The notes: generated from the sequence alone by a model not told the origin. DNA of 57,219 nt from Candidatus Sericytochromatia bacterium (GCA_040400605.1 JBBAPZ010000010.1:1-57219); one strand, 5' to 3'; counted from the first letter of the stretch, positions 30,323 through 39,967 are shown. Made by a program: numbers and translations.

Positions 30323-30504
30323 TGATCGCAAGCAGGGAGGGCCGGAGCGGCGCGTAAGGCGATCGCCCGCTACAATAACAATGAACGGAGAGACGTGACG
30401 ACGGATAGACAAGCGGCGGTAGTGGCAACGCCCCGCCGCCCGAGTGAAGCTTGAACACCCCATCACCCCCGATCCGATGTGGATTGACTTTTCTGAAAAA
30501 AGTA

Positions 30505-30522
30505 TTGATAACAATTATTATC
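30505..30522. promoter_or_regulatory. Fur-box-like palindrome (second site GATAATAAAATTATC near 30037)
   Basis: TTGATAACAATTATTATC, homologous to 36037-36062. Confidence 0.5.
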
Positions 30523-30630
30523 TTTTTTCTGTTCGTGGTTTTGACGGCAAAGGTCCTGCGAGCTTTCCGCAAGTGGCGTTGTGTTCCCCTTTTGTGGTGA
30601 TCGTTGTTGTCTGTTTCGATGAGGGGTAGG

Positions 30631-32537
30631 CCTGACTTCCGCGAAGTAACCGCTGAAATCAAGTAAGGACGCCAAAGTGCCTCAGTGATGAGGCACTACA
30701 TTTGGCATTTTTTGTCGAATTGGCTAAGTATCAGTCGCTATCAGCGTGGGCGTCAGCGAGCGCTTGAGGTCAAATGCACGGTAAATGCGGATGGCCGCCT
30801 GGGTCATGGTCGAGGGTAACCGGTAGCGCGCACCCGTCGTTTTGTCCCTCAGAATGCTCGCCTGCACACGCAGCAGTTCATTGCGCATCACCTCAACGCT
30901 CATGGATTCCTGCTGCAAACCAATGCGGTACCGAGCGTGAGCGAGTAGCGCATAAGCCAAAAAGCAAATTGCCACGTGGGCTTCGATTCGCTCTGGCTTC
31001 CAGTGACAAATGGGGCGCATCTTGAGGTCATGCTTGTTGACCCGGAAAGCCGCTTCAATTATCCATAGTTGCCGGTAACGCGCCAGCAGTTCCAGCGCAG
31101 GTTTGTCCGAATTGGTGATGATGCCTGCCATCCCGTCCCATTGCGCGTCTGCCTCAATTTTTTTCTCGTTGATCACCGCTGACACGTTGCCTTCACACCG
31201 CGTGAACTTGAGATAGCCCTTGTTTGAGACCAGTTTCTTCAACGACGCCTTGCCCTTGGCCTTACCCAGTTTCTGGGTCAACTTGTCGATAAGCTTTTCA
31301 CGATCCTTTCGGTCCTTTGCCGCCCGTTTGGCGCTATAAGTCACGATCAGACGGCGATTGCCAGGCATGCTTAATTCGCTCACCCACGCGCACTCACCCT
31401 CAAACGCCGCCAGGCGAGCGCCTTTGGCGTTCAGAATCTGCTCTTTGAGCGCCTTCTTTTGTTTGCGCAGCGAGGCGCCCACGACGTACTCAATGGCAGG
31501 CAGGTTTTGCCTGTCTGCTTGGGTCCCTTCGAGGCCACTGAGGTTGGCTTCGCTCATATCCGCAACAAAGACCACTTTTTCAATCTCGAACCGCGTTCTC
31601 CAGTCATCCACGCAGGCCATCAGGGTCTTGGTTTCAGCGGTGTCACCACTAAAAAGCTTGTATCCGATAGGAAGTCCCTGGGCTGTGGTTGCAAGCGCCA
31701 GCACCACCTGGGTGACGTGGTACTTTTGATCCTTGCTGTAGCCGAATTCGCGGAGTTGATCCGCTTCCACGCTCTCAAAATAGAGGGTGGTCACGTCAAA
31801 AAAGACAACGTCAATTTTTTCCTTGAAAAGCTGCAATGTGGCTTGGCGTACCGTGTTTTGGACCGTTTCATGCCGAGCATACAGCGTGTCCATCATCCGA
31901 TAGATGCGATCCAGCGGAATACGAATGCCAAAATCCTCTTCCAGGAGTGCCGCGGTGCGATGTTTGCTTTGTGGATCCGCCACCCGTGCGAGCACGGTGC
32001 TCAAAAGCACGTGATTCTGACTTTTTTGGGGCAAAATCTTGTCGAAGCCCAGCTCTTGATACAGGGCACCGAAAATATCCTGGATGCCTTCAACGACCCG
32101 TGTCTCTTCTTCGAGGTTGCTCAAACGCATCGCTTCAACCGGCAAAGCCGCTTTCTTTGAGGCACGGCGGGTCGAGCGATCCTTCACCGCAAGGTCTTCG
32201 GGCGCAAATAATGGCAAAGTGGCGCGACGCTCGGCTTCCAGCTTGATCCGGATGACTTCGGCAAGGTCGAGCAACGCTGCGAGCTCGTTGTCATCCATTG
32301 CGATGCCAATGTGGCGCACGATGGTTTGCTTGACTTTGTCACCGACGCGTTGGGATTCGCAGATCTGCACAGAACGCCGCGGTGAATTTGGGGTGGTTTT
32401 GGTACGTACAAACATGCCAGCGATCACACCAGACGCCACCATTTTTGTAAAGCTTACTAGGCACTACACTGACATAGTGAGTCGACAACAAGGCAGTTAC
32501 GTCAGGCCGTCAGTCAGGCGTCAACGCGGAAGTCAGG
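30631..32537 (-). mobile_element. IS1634-family insertion sequence (~1.9 kb)
   Basis: Perfect 13-bp TIRs CCTGACTTCCGCG (30631-30643) and CGCGGAAGTCAGG (32525-32537); no target duplication. Confidence 0.92.
30724..32415 (-). CDS. IS1634-family DDE transposase
   Basis: FFDVTTLYFES, FGYSKD, YRQLWIIEAAFRVNK and RPICHWKPERIEAHVAICFLAY. Confidence 0.93.
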   Translation of the reverse strand: MFVRTKTTPNSPRRSVQICESQRVGDKVKQTIVRHIGIAMDDNELAALLDLAEVIRIKLEAERRATLPLFAPEDLAVKDRSTRRASKKAALPVEAMRLSNLEEETRVVEGIQDIFGALYQELGFDKILPQKSQNHVLLSTVLARVADPQSKHRTAALLEEDFGIRIPLDRIYRMMDTLYARHETVQNTVRQATLQLFKEKIDVVFFDVTTLYFESVEADQLREFGYSKDQKYHVTQVVLALATTAQGLPIGYKLFSGDTAETKTLMACVDDWRTRFEIEKVVFVADMSEANLSGLEGTQADRQNLPAIEYVVGASLRKQKKALKEQILNAKGARLAAFEGECAWVSELSMPGNRRLIVTYSAKRAAKDRKDREKLIDKLTQKLGKAKGKASLKKLVSNKGYLKFTRCEGNVSAVINEKKIEADAQWDGMAGIITNSDKPALELLARYRQLWIIEAAFRVNKHDLKMRPICHWKPERIEAHVAICFLAYALLAHARYRIGLQQESMSVEVMRNELLRVQASILRDKTTGARYRLPSTMTQAAIRIYRAFDLKRSLTPTLIATDT

Positions 32538-32712
32538 TGCAACCCGTGGCTGCCTACGCACTGTCGACCTCGTGCCCTCGATTGGACGAATGTCTATAAG
32601 AAAAGACTAAAAAATATTTAAGTCATTTAAGCAAGTTTTTAATTGCTTCCACTATATAAACATCACATAAATTTTAGGTTAAGTGATGTTTATATAGTGG
32701 AGGAAGCGTACT

Positions 32713-33372
32713 GTGCGGTTGAATGAATTCAAGGATTACGGCGCTTATCGCAACGCAGCTGAAGGGGTTGTACGCCGCTACGATAGCAATGGTGACGGTG
32801 TGATTTCGCGGAGCGAAACGGAGCAGACGCGTCTTTTGTCGACGACGAATGAAACGCGGACCGAGCGGCTGTTGCTTGGCAGTGACTTTGTTCAGATTTC
32901 GAGTGTTGAAGTCAAGCGTTATGCACAAATGAACAAAGAAGCGTTTCGGCAGGCAGACTTGAATGGCGACGGCCGTCTGAGCGCGTCTGAGATGGTTGAA
33001 CAGTATGAAAGATTGGAAGATTCGAATGGTAATGGCGATTTGGGGTGGTTTGAGCGGATGGGAATGAGCGCTGGTAGTCTCGCGGATCGCTTGCAGAACT
33101 TTTTCTCGAATGAGCGTGTGTTGAGTCAGTCAATGATTTATAGTCCGCTACCCCGTTATAGCGAGCCGACCCCGCCGAGTCCTGATTATGATCGCCCCCG
33201 TCCGCCCCGTCCGGATGGCGGTCGCGTGACCCCGCCCAGCCCGGACTTTGATGGCCGTCGCCCATCGCCCCCAAGTGTGAGCCGGCCCACGCCGCCGAGT
33301 CCCGATTTTGATGGCCGTCGCCCGTCGCCCCCAGGCGTCAGCCGTCCCACGCCGCCAGGTGTGAGCAACTAA
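32713..33372 (+). CDS. EF-hand protein with Pro/Arg-rich repeats (copy 2, identical protein)
   Basis: Translation identical to 28541-29200. Confidence 0.85.
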   Translation: MRLNEFKDYGAYRNAAEGVVRRYDSNGDGVISRSETEQTRLLSTTNETRTERLLLGSDFVQISSVEVKRYAQMNKEAFRQADLNGDGRLSASEMVEQYERLEDSNGNGDLGWFERMGMSAGSLADRLQNFFSNERVLSQSMIYSPLPRYSEPTPPSPDYDRPRPPRPDGGRVTPPSPDFDGRRPSPPSVSRPTPPSPDFDGRRPSPPGVSRPTPPGVSN

Positions 33373-33432
33373 ACGCAGGTTTTTTGACTGCGGTTACCCG
33401 CTTTGTGATGTCTTGATTGATAGTGAAAGGAT

Positions 33433-33975
33433 ATGATCGTGTCTTATACTCGTCAATTGGCTGTTGGGGTGGTGTTGCTGGCTGTGTTGGCCGGTTGTGG
33501 TACAAGTTCTGGTATGCCGGGCAGTGCGGTTTCAAATGGTGTGGTGGCTGCGGCGGCCAAGCGTCCGACGCAGGCAGCGCAGCGCTTGCCTGAGCCGAAG
33601 GCCGCGAAGCCGATGCCAGGTGGTTATGCTGCACGGGAGTCATCGCGCGTCAGTCGTCGTGTTTTGAATGATTACCAGCAGATGTTGCGGGATTGGAACC
33701 GGGCTTACAGTGATTATGAGCGGGATAACATTGAAGAGCGGATGTTGCGTGTGTTGCGTGAAGGTTTGAAGGAAGTGCAGGAAGTGACCTCACGTGAGGG
33801 TCAGGATGCGGATGATCGCCGCGCCTACGACATTGCGGATGCGGGCCTTAACAACTACGAACGCATGTACCGGGATTGGGAATCCACTTATAATGCGGGC
33901 ACTCGCCGTCGCATTGTGAACGCGATGCTGCAAAACCTGGTGGACACTCACGAACGTATTCGTGACAACGCCTGA
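33433..33975 (+). CDS. Helical lipoprotein (copy 2, divergent C-terminal half)
   Basis: Identical to copy 1 for the first 85 aa, then substituted. Confidence 0.85.
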   Translation: MIVSYTRQLAVGVVLLAVLAGCGTSSGMPGSAVSNGVVAAAAKRPTQAAQRLPEPKAAKPMPGGYAARESSRVSRRVLNDYQQMLRDWNRAYSDYERDNIEERMLRVLREGLKEVQEVTSREGQDADDRRAYDIADAGLNNYERMYRDWESTYNAGTRRRIVNAMLQNLVDTHERIRDNA

Positions 33976-34057
33976 GCCAGTTCAAGACATCCGGTCAGGG
34001 GCGAGCGTGACAGAACAGCGACGCCAATGGGCTGGCGTGTTCTTCTCTCTTCTGCTG

Positions 34058-34097
34058 ATAAAAAGCGCTCGACTCATTGCAGTCGAGCGCTTTTTAT
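34058..34097. terminator. Bidirectional intrinsic terminator
   Basis: ATAAAAAGCGCTCGACT-cattgc-AGTCGAGCGCTTTTTAT between convergent genes. Confidence 0.85.
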
Positions 34098-34250
34098 GGG
34101 GTTTTGCCAACGGCTCGAGGCGCGCGGAATGTCATCAAAGGTCAACCGCGTGAGTGTTTCGTTTGCGTGCTGCTGGCATTGCCTCGCATACGTGGGTGCA
34201 GTGCGAGCATTTTCGTGTCAAGGACCGGGGCCGGGAATCGGTTGATGCGC

Positions 34251-35447
34251 TTAAATCCAACTTATTGCGCGCTCGTAAGCCTGGTTGACGCCTTTATCAA
34301 AGCGATGCCTAAAACCTAATGATTGATAGCGATTCTTGATTGTCTTCATCGCTTGATCGGCTTCTTCTGCGACGGATAGATCACTTTTTTTGATTTCCCC
34401 AATTATGTTAAAAGCTTGGATGATGTGTCCTCTCGTTTGAGGCCAACCCAGCTTTTCGTCGCCCAGAGACATTAATGCTACATTCTGGGTTGCCTGGATC
34501 GCCTCATCACCCGAATACTTTTCCAAGCACTCAAGGGCTTTCGTGTAGTGGCGAGACTTTTTTGCGATCGTCTCGATTGCCTGGATCGCTTCAACGCCGG
34601 GATAGGCACTCACGTAATCCATCACCCAGCCATCCTTCCCGTGATGGCCCAAGGAAGCGAGCCGGTCAATTTTTAGCTGCTCAGGAACGTTGCTGCGATC
34701 AATCGCCTGGATAACTGAACGATACCTTTCGTTTTCAATCCTTATGTTAAGATACCTTTTGTTTTCAATCCTTAGGTCTAGACCCGACTCACCGATCCTT
34801 GTCAGTGCTGTTGTGGCCTCTTGGCTGCTGTTTCTGGCCAGTGCATCGATGCCAAGTTTTAAAGCTCCTTCATTGCAATCCAACTCCGCGTCATCGCATA
34901 ACTTCCGCATCATAGATATTTCGAGACGCACTGCCGCTTGTGGTGTATCCACTTTACTGAATTCCTGTATTGCCGCGTCGACAAATACAGACCGCGAATA
35001 ATTGCTTAACCCATAGTCCTGAAGGATGATGTCGATGATTCGGTCTATTCTTTCCAACGCATTGTCGTTCGCTTCCCGCCCCAATTCACGAATGTTTGCC
35101 ATGTGTTTGAGAAACGAGAACGCTTTGGTCCCACCGTTACGGTTTGGCAGCAACGCAGCAGCATACTGAAGGACTGCCGGGTCTGACTCCTGAAGGGCCA
35201 CACGGTAGACAGCGGTCACGGCTTCTTGGTCAGACAGGGTTGAATATTCACGCAACAAGTTCATAATCTGCGAGGATGGATTGTGGGCCAGCGTGACAGG
35301 TTGTTTTTTGGCCAGAGCGAGCGCATCGCCTGCCATGGCTGCAGGCGTCGGAACCTCGATGCGCAGAGGTTTTGCACTCGCTTCGTCAACCATCCCGATT
35401 ACGGAGCGTTGTACCAACCCAGCCAACGAGCTCATAATCACTGGCAT
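34251..35447 (-). CDS. Orphan alpha-helical (HEAT-like) protein, paralogue of 2908-4023
   Basis: 398-aa ORF with GGAGGAG upstream; motifs shared with 2908-4023. Confidence 0.78.
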   Translation of the reverse strand: MPVIMSSLAGLVQRSVIGMVDEASAKPLRIEVPTPAAMAGDALALAKKQPVTLAHNPSSQIMNLLREYSTLSDQEAVTAVYRVALQESDPAVLQYAAALLPNRNGGTKAFSFLKHMANIRELGREANDNALERIDRIIDIILQDYGLSNYSRSVFVDAAIQEFSKVDTPQAAVRLEISMMRKLCDDAELDCNEGALKLGIDALARNSSQEATTALTRIGESGLDLRIENKRYLNIRIENERYRSVIQAIDRSNVPEQLKIDRLASLGHHGKDGWVMDYVSAYPGVEAIQAIETIAKKSRHYTKALECLEKYSGDEAIQATQNVALMSLGDEKLGWPQTRGHIIQAFNIIGEIKKSDLSVAEEADQAMKTIKNRYQSLGFRHRFDKGVNQAYERAISWI

Positions 35448-35505
35448 ATCCCTACTCCTCCAACGAACCCATCAATATCAACTCCGATGTTCGTCGTCAC
35501 ACCTG

Positions 35506-35522
35506 GTTACAACACAGTAACA
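35506..35522 (-). promoter_or_regulatory. TGTTAC-N5-TGTAAC box
   Basis: Plus strand reads GTTACA-acaca-GTAACA followed by AAAT and TTAATTAAGT, as at 4077-4126. Confidence 0.55.
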
Positions 35523-35589
35523 AAATCAACTGTTGCTCATTAATTTTTAATTAAGTGTTATTTTGCTGTAAGAATTAAAGATGATATCA

Positions 35590-35678
35590 CACTGATTCTG
35601 AGGGGTGAGGCGGGTTGTCGCACTGTTTGCGTCATCTCTTTGTTGTTTGCAGTTCGAATGGTGGCCATTGGTGCTGAC
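35590..35678 (+). repeat. Repeat family A, diverged copy A9
   Basis: gcgggttgtcgc...catctctttgttgtttgcagttcgaatggtggccattggtgct aligns with the 3' part of A1 and A4. Confidence 0.55.
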
Positions 35679-36036
35679 TTCCGATCACGGGTGATCACAC
35701 CCACCATCTCCGTTTACCTGATGAACTGCCCGATGCCACCAGGATACGACTAAATCGGGAAGTTTTTAAAGATAATAAAATTATCATTAAAATCATGGTA
35801 TTTTCGGTTGGTGTCGATGCACGCGTGCGCGCAATCGTGTCAAGCACGGATGTTGTTCCGTTGGTGTATGTTGACAGTGTTGGGAATCTCATTATTCCAG
35901 CGATGCTGCAGAACAAGCGGGTTACGGTATAAGAGGAAGTGGCCCTGCCGGGGTTAAATCCTCTTGAATGGACAAGCGCAGGCACCTCCTCCGGCGACCT
36001 CCATGGCGCTCGTCGATGGTTTGTAATTGAAAAATT

Positions 36037-36062
36037 TAATTGATAACAATTGTTATCAATTA
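36037..36062. promoter_or_regulatory. Perfect 26-bp palindrome, Fur/PerR-box-like
   Basis: TAATTGATAACAATTGTTATCAATTA is self-complementary; a second GATAATAAAATTATC lies at 35771-35785. Confidence 0.6.
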
Positions 36063-36219
36063 TTTCATCTTGTTGATGAAAGCGATGATGCCGGCGTTCC
36101 GCGATGGGTGTCAATGGGGTTTCGTGGTTGCGTTGGTTGCTCTTTTGCGATGACGATTGTTTTTGGTCTGAGGGGGTGTTGGGAGTGGGGCATGTTATGA
36201 TGAAGCGAAGAACGGGGGT

Positions 36220-37287
36220 GTGGTGATGTTGACGCGCGAGGCGATTCTGGGCTGGCCCAAGACAGATTTACATTGTCATCTGGATGGGTCGTTGCGATTG
36301 CAGACCTTGTTTGAGCTGGCGAGTGAGCAGGGTTTGGCCTCCGAGTTGCCGGCGGGAGATTTGCCGGGGTTGCAGCGCGTACTGGAGTCGATTGATGATT
36401 CGCCGTCGCTGGCGGATTTTTTGGTGTGGTTCAAGTATACGATTATGGTGATGCAAACGCGTGAGGCGTTGCACCGGATTGCGTACGAGTTGGTAGAGGA
36501 TGCGGCGGCAGAGAACGTGCGGTATTTGGAGGTGCGGTATGCGCCGATTGAGAGTACGCACAAGGGCTTGACGCTGGAGGAGGCCAACGAGGCGGTTTTG
36601 GCTGGTTTGCGCGATGGTGAGCGGGATTTTGGGTGCAAGGCGCGTTTGATCGTTTGTGGGTTGCGCGATCGCTTTGAATCACAATCGTTCCGATTGGCGG
36701 AGCTTGCCGTGGCGTTCAAACGGCGCGGGGTGGTGGCGTTTGATTTGGCTGGGGGTGAGGCGGGAAATCCAGCCAAGTTACACGTTCATGCCTTTGCACA
36801 TGCCAGGGAGCACGACTTGAATTTAACGTGTCATGCGGGTGAGGCGTTTGGTCCGGTCAGTATTCGTCAGGCATTGCATGACGCGGGGGCGCATCGGATT
36901 GGGCATGGGGTGACCTTGCGGGAAGATGAAGACTTGCTTCAGTATGTGGTTGATCACCGCATTCCGCTTGAAATGTGTCCGACGAGCAATGTTCAGACGC
37001 GCGTCGTGGAAGGTTATGCTACGCATCCAATCAAGGAGTATGTCGCGCGCAAGGTACGGGTGACGGTCAACACGGACAATCGTTTGTTTTCACGGACGAC
37101 TGTCACGGATGAGTTGTGGCGTTGTCATCAGCATTTGGGGTTTGATGAAGCGACTTTGAAGTGGATTGTGCTTAATGGTTTCAAGAGCGCTTTCTTACCA
37201 TACGAAGAGCGCCAAGCGCTGTTGGATGACGTTTTGCCGCAGTTGCAGGTCAAGGTGTATCCACTGGAACCACGCGCTGTGCGTTAA
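36220..37287 (+). CDS. add: Adenosine deaminase
   Basis: DLHCHLDGS, HAGE, RIGHG, EMCPTSN and VNTDN. Confidence 0.93.
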   Translation: MVMLTREAILGWPKTDLHCHLDGSLRLQTLFELASEQGLASELPAGDLPGLQRVLESIDDSPSLADFLVWFKYTIMVMQTREALHRIAYELVEDAAAENVRYLEVRYAPIESTHKGLTLEEANEAVLAGLRDGERDFGCKARLIVCGLRDRFESQSFRLAELAVAFKRRGVVAFDLAGGEAGNPAKLHVHAFAHAREHDLNLTCHAGEAFGPVSIRQALHDAGAHRIGHGVTLREDEDLLQYVVDHRIPLEMCPTSNVQTRVVEGYATHPIKEYVARKVRVTVNTDNRLFSRTTVTDELWRCHQHLGFDEATLKWIVLNGFKSAFLPYEERQALLDDVLPQLQVKVYPLEPRAVR

Positions 37288-37744
37288 AAGGGCGGATCAC
37301 CCATCGAGCGCAATTGTCCAGACGCTTAAAGCGTTAAAAAAACAACGGATGGTTACGCTATCTGTAGGCGTAGACACAGACCCTTAAAGACGCTTGATTG
37401 TGACCCATTTGACCAGATATTCGTGTACGGGACAACAACAGCATTTCAAGTGGGTTTTGTTTGTACGTGTGTGTCCGGTGCGCGTTTAGGGTGAATCAGC
37501 CGTTCGTGTCAGCCAGTGTGTTTGGCATCGGCCTTGTTGATGGCACACTTCCTGGTAGTTTTTTTTTGCCGTGGCTGGATGGCTATTGTGGGGGTTGTGT
37601 GTGGCGTTCGCAGCGGAAATCGGCTGTAACAGTCGATACTCACGGAAGCGATCGCTCACCATGAATTGCTTGACATGTGGCCAAAGTTTTAGATTTGCAG
37701 TATGCTAAGGATCAGGCGTGTGATAAGTTGCCCAGGGTAGGACG

Positions 37745-38365
37745 ATGATGCAATCGGTGCTGCTTGCCATCTCGGGGGTACTGGTAGGGGCTTTGGCTTA
37801 TCGCTACTGGCTGTTTCGCCATTCGTCATTGGCGGTTGCGGCGCGTCAGGCTGAGGCTGAGCGCATTGTTGCGGCGTTGTCATCCAAGCAGCCTGGTGTT
37901 TGGGATGCAGATGATTTGCGCGAGCGTGTTTTATCGATTGCTCGTGACTTGTGGTCGGCGCCGACGCGTGCGGATGTCGATCGGGTGCAGATGTGGGTGC
38001 ATCCGGAGTTATTGACCCGCGTGATCAACGAGTGGCCAACGCGTGCCGTGCGTCGGGATGTTGTCGTTCTATTTAAGGAACCCCCGCAATTTGTTCACGT
38101 GATGGAAGGTGGGCCGGGGGCGGATAGTTTGACTGCGCGTGTGGTTGCCAGTATCGAAGCCGTTTATTTTGATTCCCGCGCCAAGCAAATCAAGCGCGTG
38201 CGCAAAGGGCCTCGAGCGACTTATCACCGTTGGGTTCACATTGATGGGCAGGGTTGGCGCTTGGATGGGATCACGCATCACTTGCCAGTGGATGAACCGT
38301 CGCCCCACTCGGTATCTTATCGCGTGTTAGCATCTCCGGATGCAGAAGAGATTGAGCAGCCTTGA
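37745..38365 (+). CDS. Membrane-anchored hypothetical protein (possibly Tim44/NTF2-like)
   Basis: N-terminal hydrophobic helix; WDADDLRERV and GWRLDGI pattern. Confidence 0.6.
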   Translation: MMQSVLLAISGVLVGALAYRYWLFRHSSLAVAARQAEAERIVAALSSKQPGVWDADDLRERVLSIARDLWSAPTRADVDRVQMWVHPELLTRVINEWPTRAVRRDVVVLFKEPPQFVHVMEGGPGADSLTARVVASIEAVYFDSRAKQIKRVRKGPRATYHRWVHIDGQGWRLDGITHHLPVDEPSPHSVSYRVLASPDAEEIEQP

Positions 38366-38477
38366 CCAAGATAAGGCGTGTTGTTGATTTCACATCCAAA
38401 AATTTACTCACTATACTGCAGGTTAAATCGTTATTATAAAAAAAACAAGCATTGGGCGTCACAAACAGGTAAGTGTA

Positions 38478-38705
38478 CATCAGTAACCGCGAACTGCGGG
38501 TCGAAAGCGGCGATGTTTCATCGTGTCCGTGCTGTCTGCCATTCGAAAGATGGTCCGTGATGCTTGATGCTGTTCAGTTACACAAACAGTTAACAATGGA
38601 GCAGCGAGTAAAGCACGTGGCTCAAAATTCTGTTTTTTTGAATCAAATCTGTGCTGTTGCCTGTTGAGAAATGGTTTGTGGCGCCTGGTGTTTTTTGCTT
38701 ACACA
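38478..38705 (+). repeat. Repeat family A, two tandem copies (A4, A5) with a 121-bp period
   Basis: ttacacaa occurs at 38578 and 38699, and acaaacag at 38461 and 38582. Both units contain gtgctgt...atggt..gtg..gc.tg. Confidence 0.78.
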
Positions 38706-38968
38706 ACCAGGTGAAACGTCACTGCCAATCAGACCGATTCTGCCTATACAATGACGCATTGCGCTCTGTCCAACACCTGTGCGGGCAAGGCAAAACATCA
38801 AGCGATTTTGCACTGATATTCAATACCGGTTATTGTTTTGATCACCAATCAATCTGATTTTGACTCTACGGTGGCGAATTTACTTCTGTGTTTAAAAAGT
38901 GCGTGGCAAACTTAAAACATCGGTACTCACGTGCCGTTATTCAGCAACAGCCAAAACTTGATTACCAA

Positions 38969-39706
38969 TCAATGCGTTTCTGTATAATAAGGCAGATAGG
39001 GTAGATTGTTATCAAACCATTTCAGGCGATTTGCAACTTGCTTCGCATGTGGCGTTGCGGCATCCAGTGCTGACTTTCTCGCTGCTGCTTCCGGATTTTT
39101 TGGAATTCGCGGAGAGTAAATTTCTTGAGTCCTAAGTCTATAGATTGCTTGCGCAAGGGCTTTTAATTCGCCGAACTCGCCTAAGATACCAAACGTAGCC
39201 CGTAACGGACTGTTGGTGGGTCGGGTGCCAGCAAAATACTTGTCATGAGCGGGCGGGGCCCAGTTGCCGCTTCTGATCAGGCCATCGCCTTCTTTTCTGT
39301 CTATATACTGCTTCGGAGGCGTCGTGGTTGCGATGAGATCGTTAAATTGTTTAGGAGCTTTGTTCCACAATTCTGCATTCTTGTTGTTTCTAGTTAACAT
39401 GGTGGTTAAATCGTTCGCAGCTTCTGAGAGTGCGTTAATTTCCCCCTCCGGAAGATGGGAGGCTTCTATCTCCATTTTCCAGTTGTTGATCCTTGTAATG
39501 AGTGCATCCACAGTCAGTGGTGTCACACGTGACTGAGACATTGTTCGACGCACTGCGCCCGAATCCCCCACAGATGAGAGTTTGAGACTTTCCTGTCCAA
39601 ATCCAAGGGGCATGACACCTGTTTCGGACTTTTTCAGAATCTGCCAAGGCCGCTGCGCCACTTTTTGACCTAAGCCCTGTATGCCCATCAGCTGTTTCCT
39701 CGTCAT
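38969..39706 (-). CDS. Orphan protein with QLMGIQG / ESLKLS leader
   Basis: 245-aa ORF, more AT-rich than flanking genes. The frame is open further upstream (DILTAQ), so the start is uncertain. Confidence 0.68.
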   Translation of the reverse strand: MTRKQLMGIQGLGQKVAQRPWQILKKSETGVMPLGFGQESLKLSSVGDSGAVRRTMSQSRVTPLTVDALITRINNWKMEIEASHLPEGEINALSEAANDLTTMLTRNNKNAELWNKAPKQFNDLIATTTPPKQYIDRKEGDGLIRSGNWAPPAHDKYFAGTRPTNSPLRATFGILGEFGELKALAQAIYRLRTQEIYSPRIPKNPEAAARKSALDAATPHAKQVANRLKWFDNNLPYLPYYTETH

Positions 39707-39967
39707 CTCGTTTAACTGAGCTGTTAATATATCGTCAAGAGTCTCTCCTTGCTTGCGATGTACAGGGTTAATTTTTGTTTAAAATATTCGTTCAAGACAA
39801 CGATTAGGGCCTAGGCGATCCAAGCACGCTTGGCTCTGATGTCACCCGACCGGATGGTGTTTTCATGTTATGTTGTTACCGTGACGAGCCGGTTTAAACC
39901 TTATCGCTCAAGGTGAGCAGGTCCTGAAAACGGCGCTGACGTTTGGCTACCCATCAGCCTTGGCGCA

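Larger units (their letters stand above)
28366..30630 (+). repeat. Copy 1 of the tandem duplication (homologous to 32538 to ~36178)
   Basis: 28366-29516 matches 32538-33688 with 3 substitutions seen. Diverged homology continues through the terminator, the Fur-like boxes and up to the IS end. Confidence 0.9.

Noticed and set aside
29517..33975. Diversity-generating retroelement explanation for the variable lipoprotein copies
   Set aside because: The differences are not adenine-specific, they include synonymous changes at several bases, and no reverse transcriptase is in the window.
35695..36114. 139-aa minus-strand ORF between the Fur-like boxes, and short ORFs at 30004-30675
   Set aside because: The reading frames are not preserved between the two homologous copies and the composition is not protein-like.
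38457..38710. CRISPR array or canonical integron attC array
   Set aside because: The units are long and diverged with no identical short repeats or unique spacers. There are no consistent RYYYAAC/GTTRRRY ends and no cas or intI gene.
39728..39756. Sigma-28-like promoter CAAG-N15-GACGATAT upstream of 39706
   Set aside because: It overlaps a likely RBS and the in-frame upstream extension (DILTAQ), it matches consensus weakly, and it is not clearly present at the other orphan genes.
39810..39895. Possible further repeat A copy upstream of 39706
   Set aside because: Only short patches match, which is too weak to call without a profile search.
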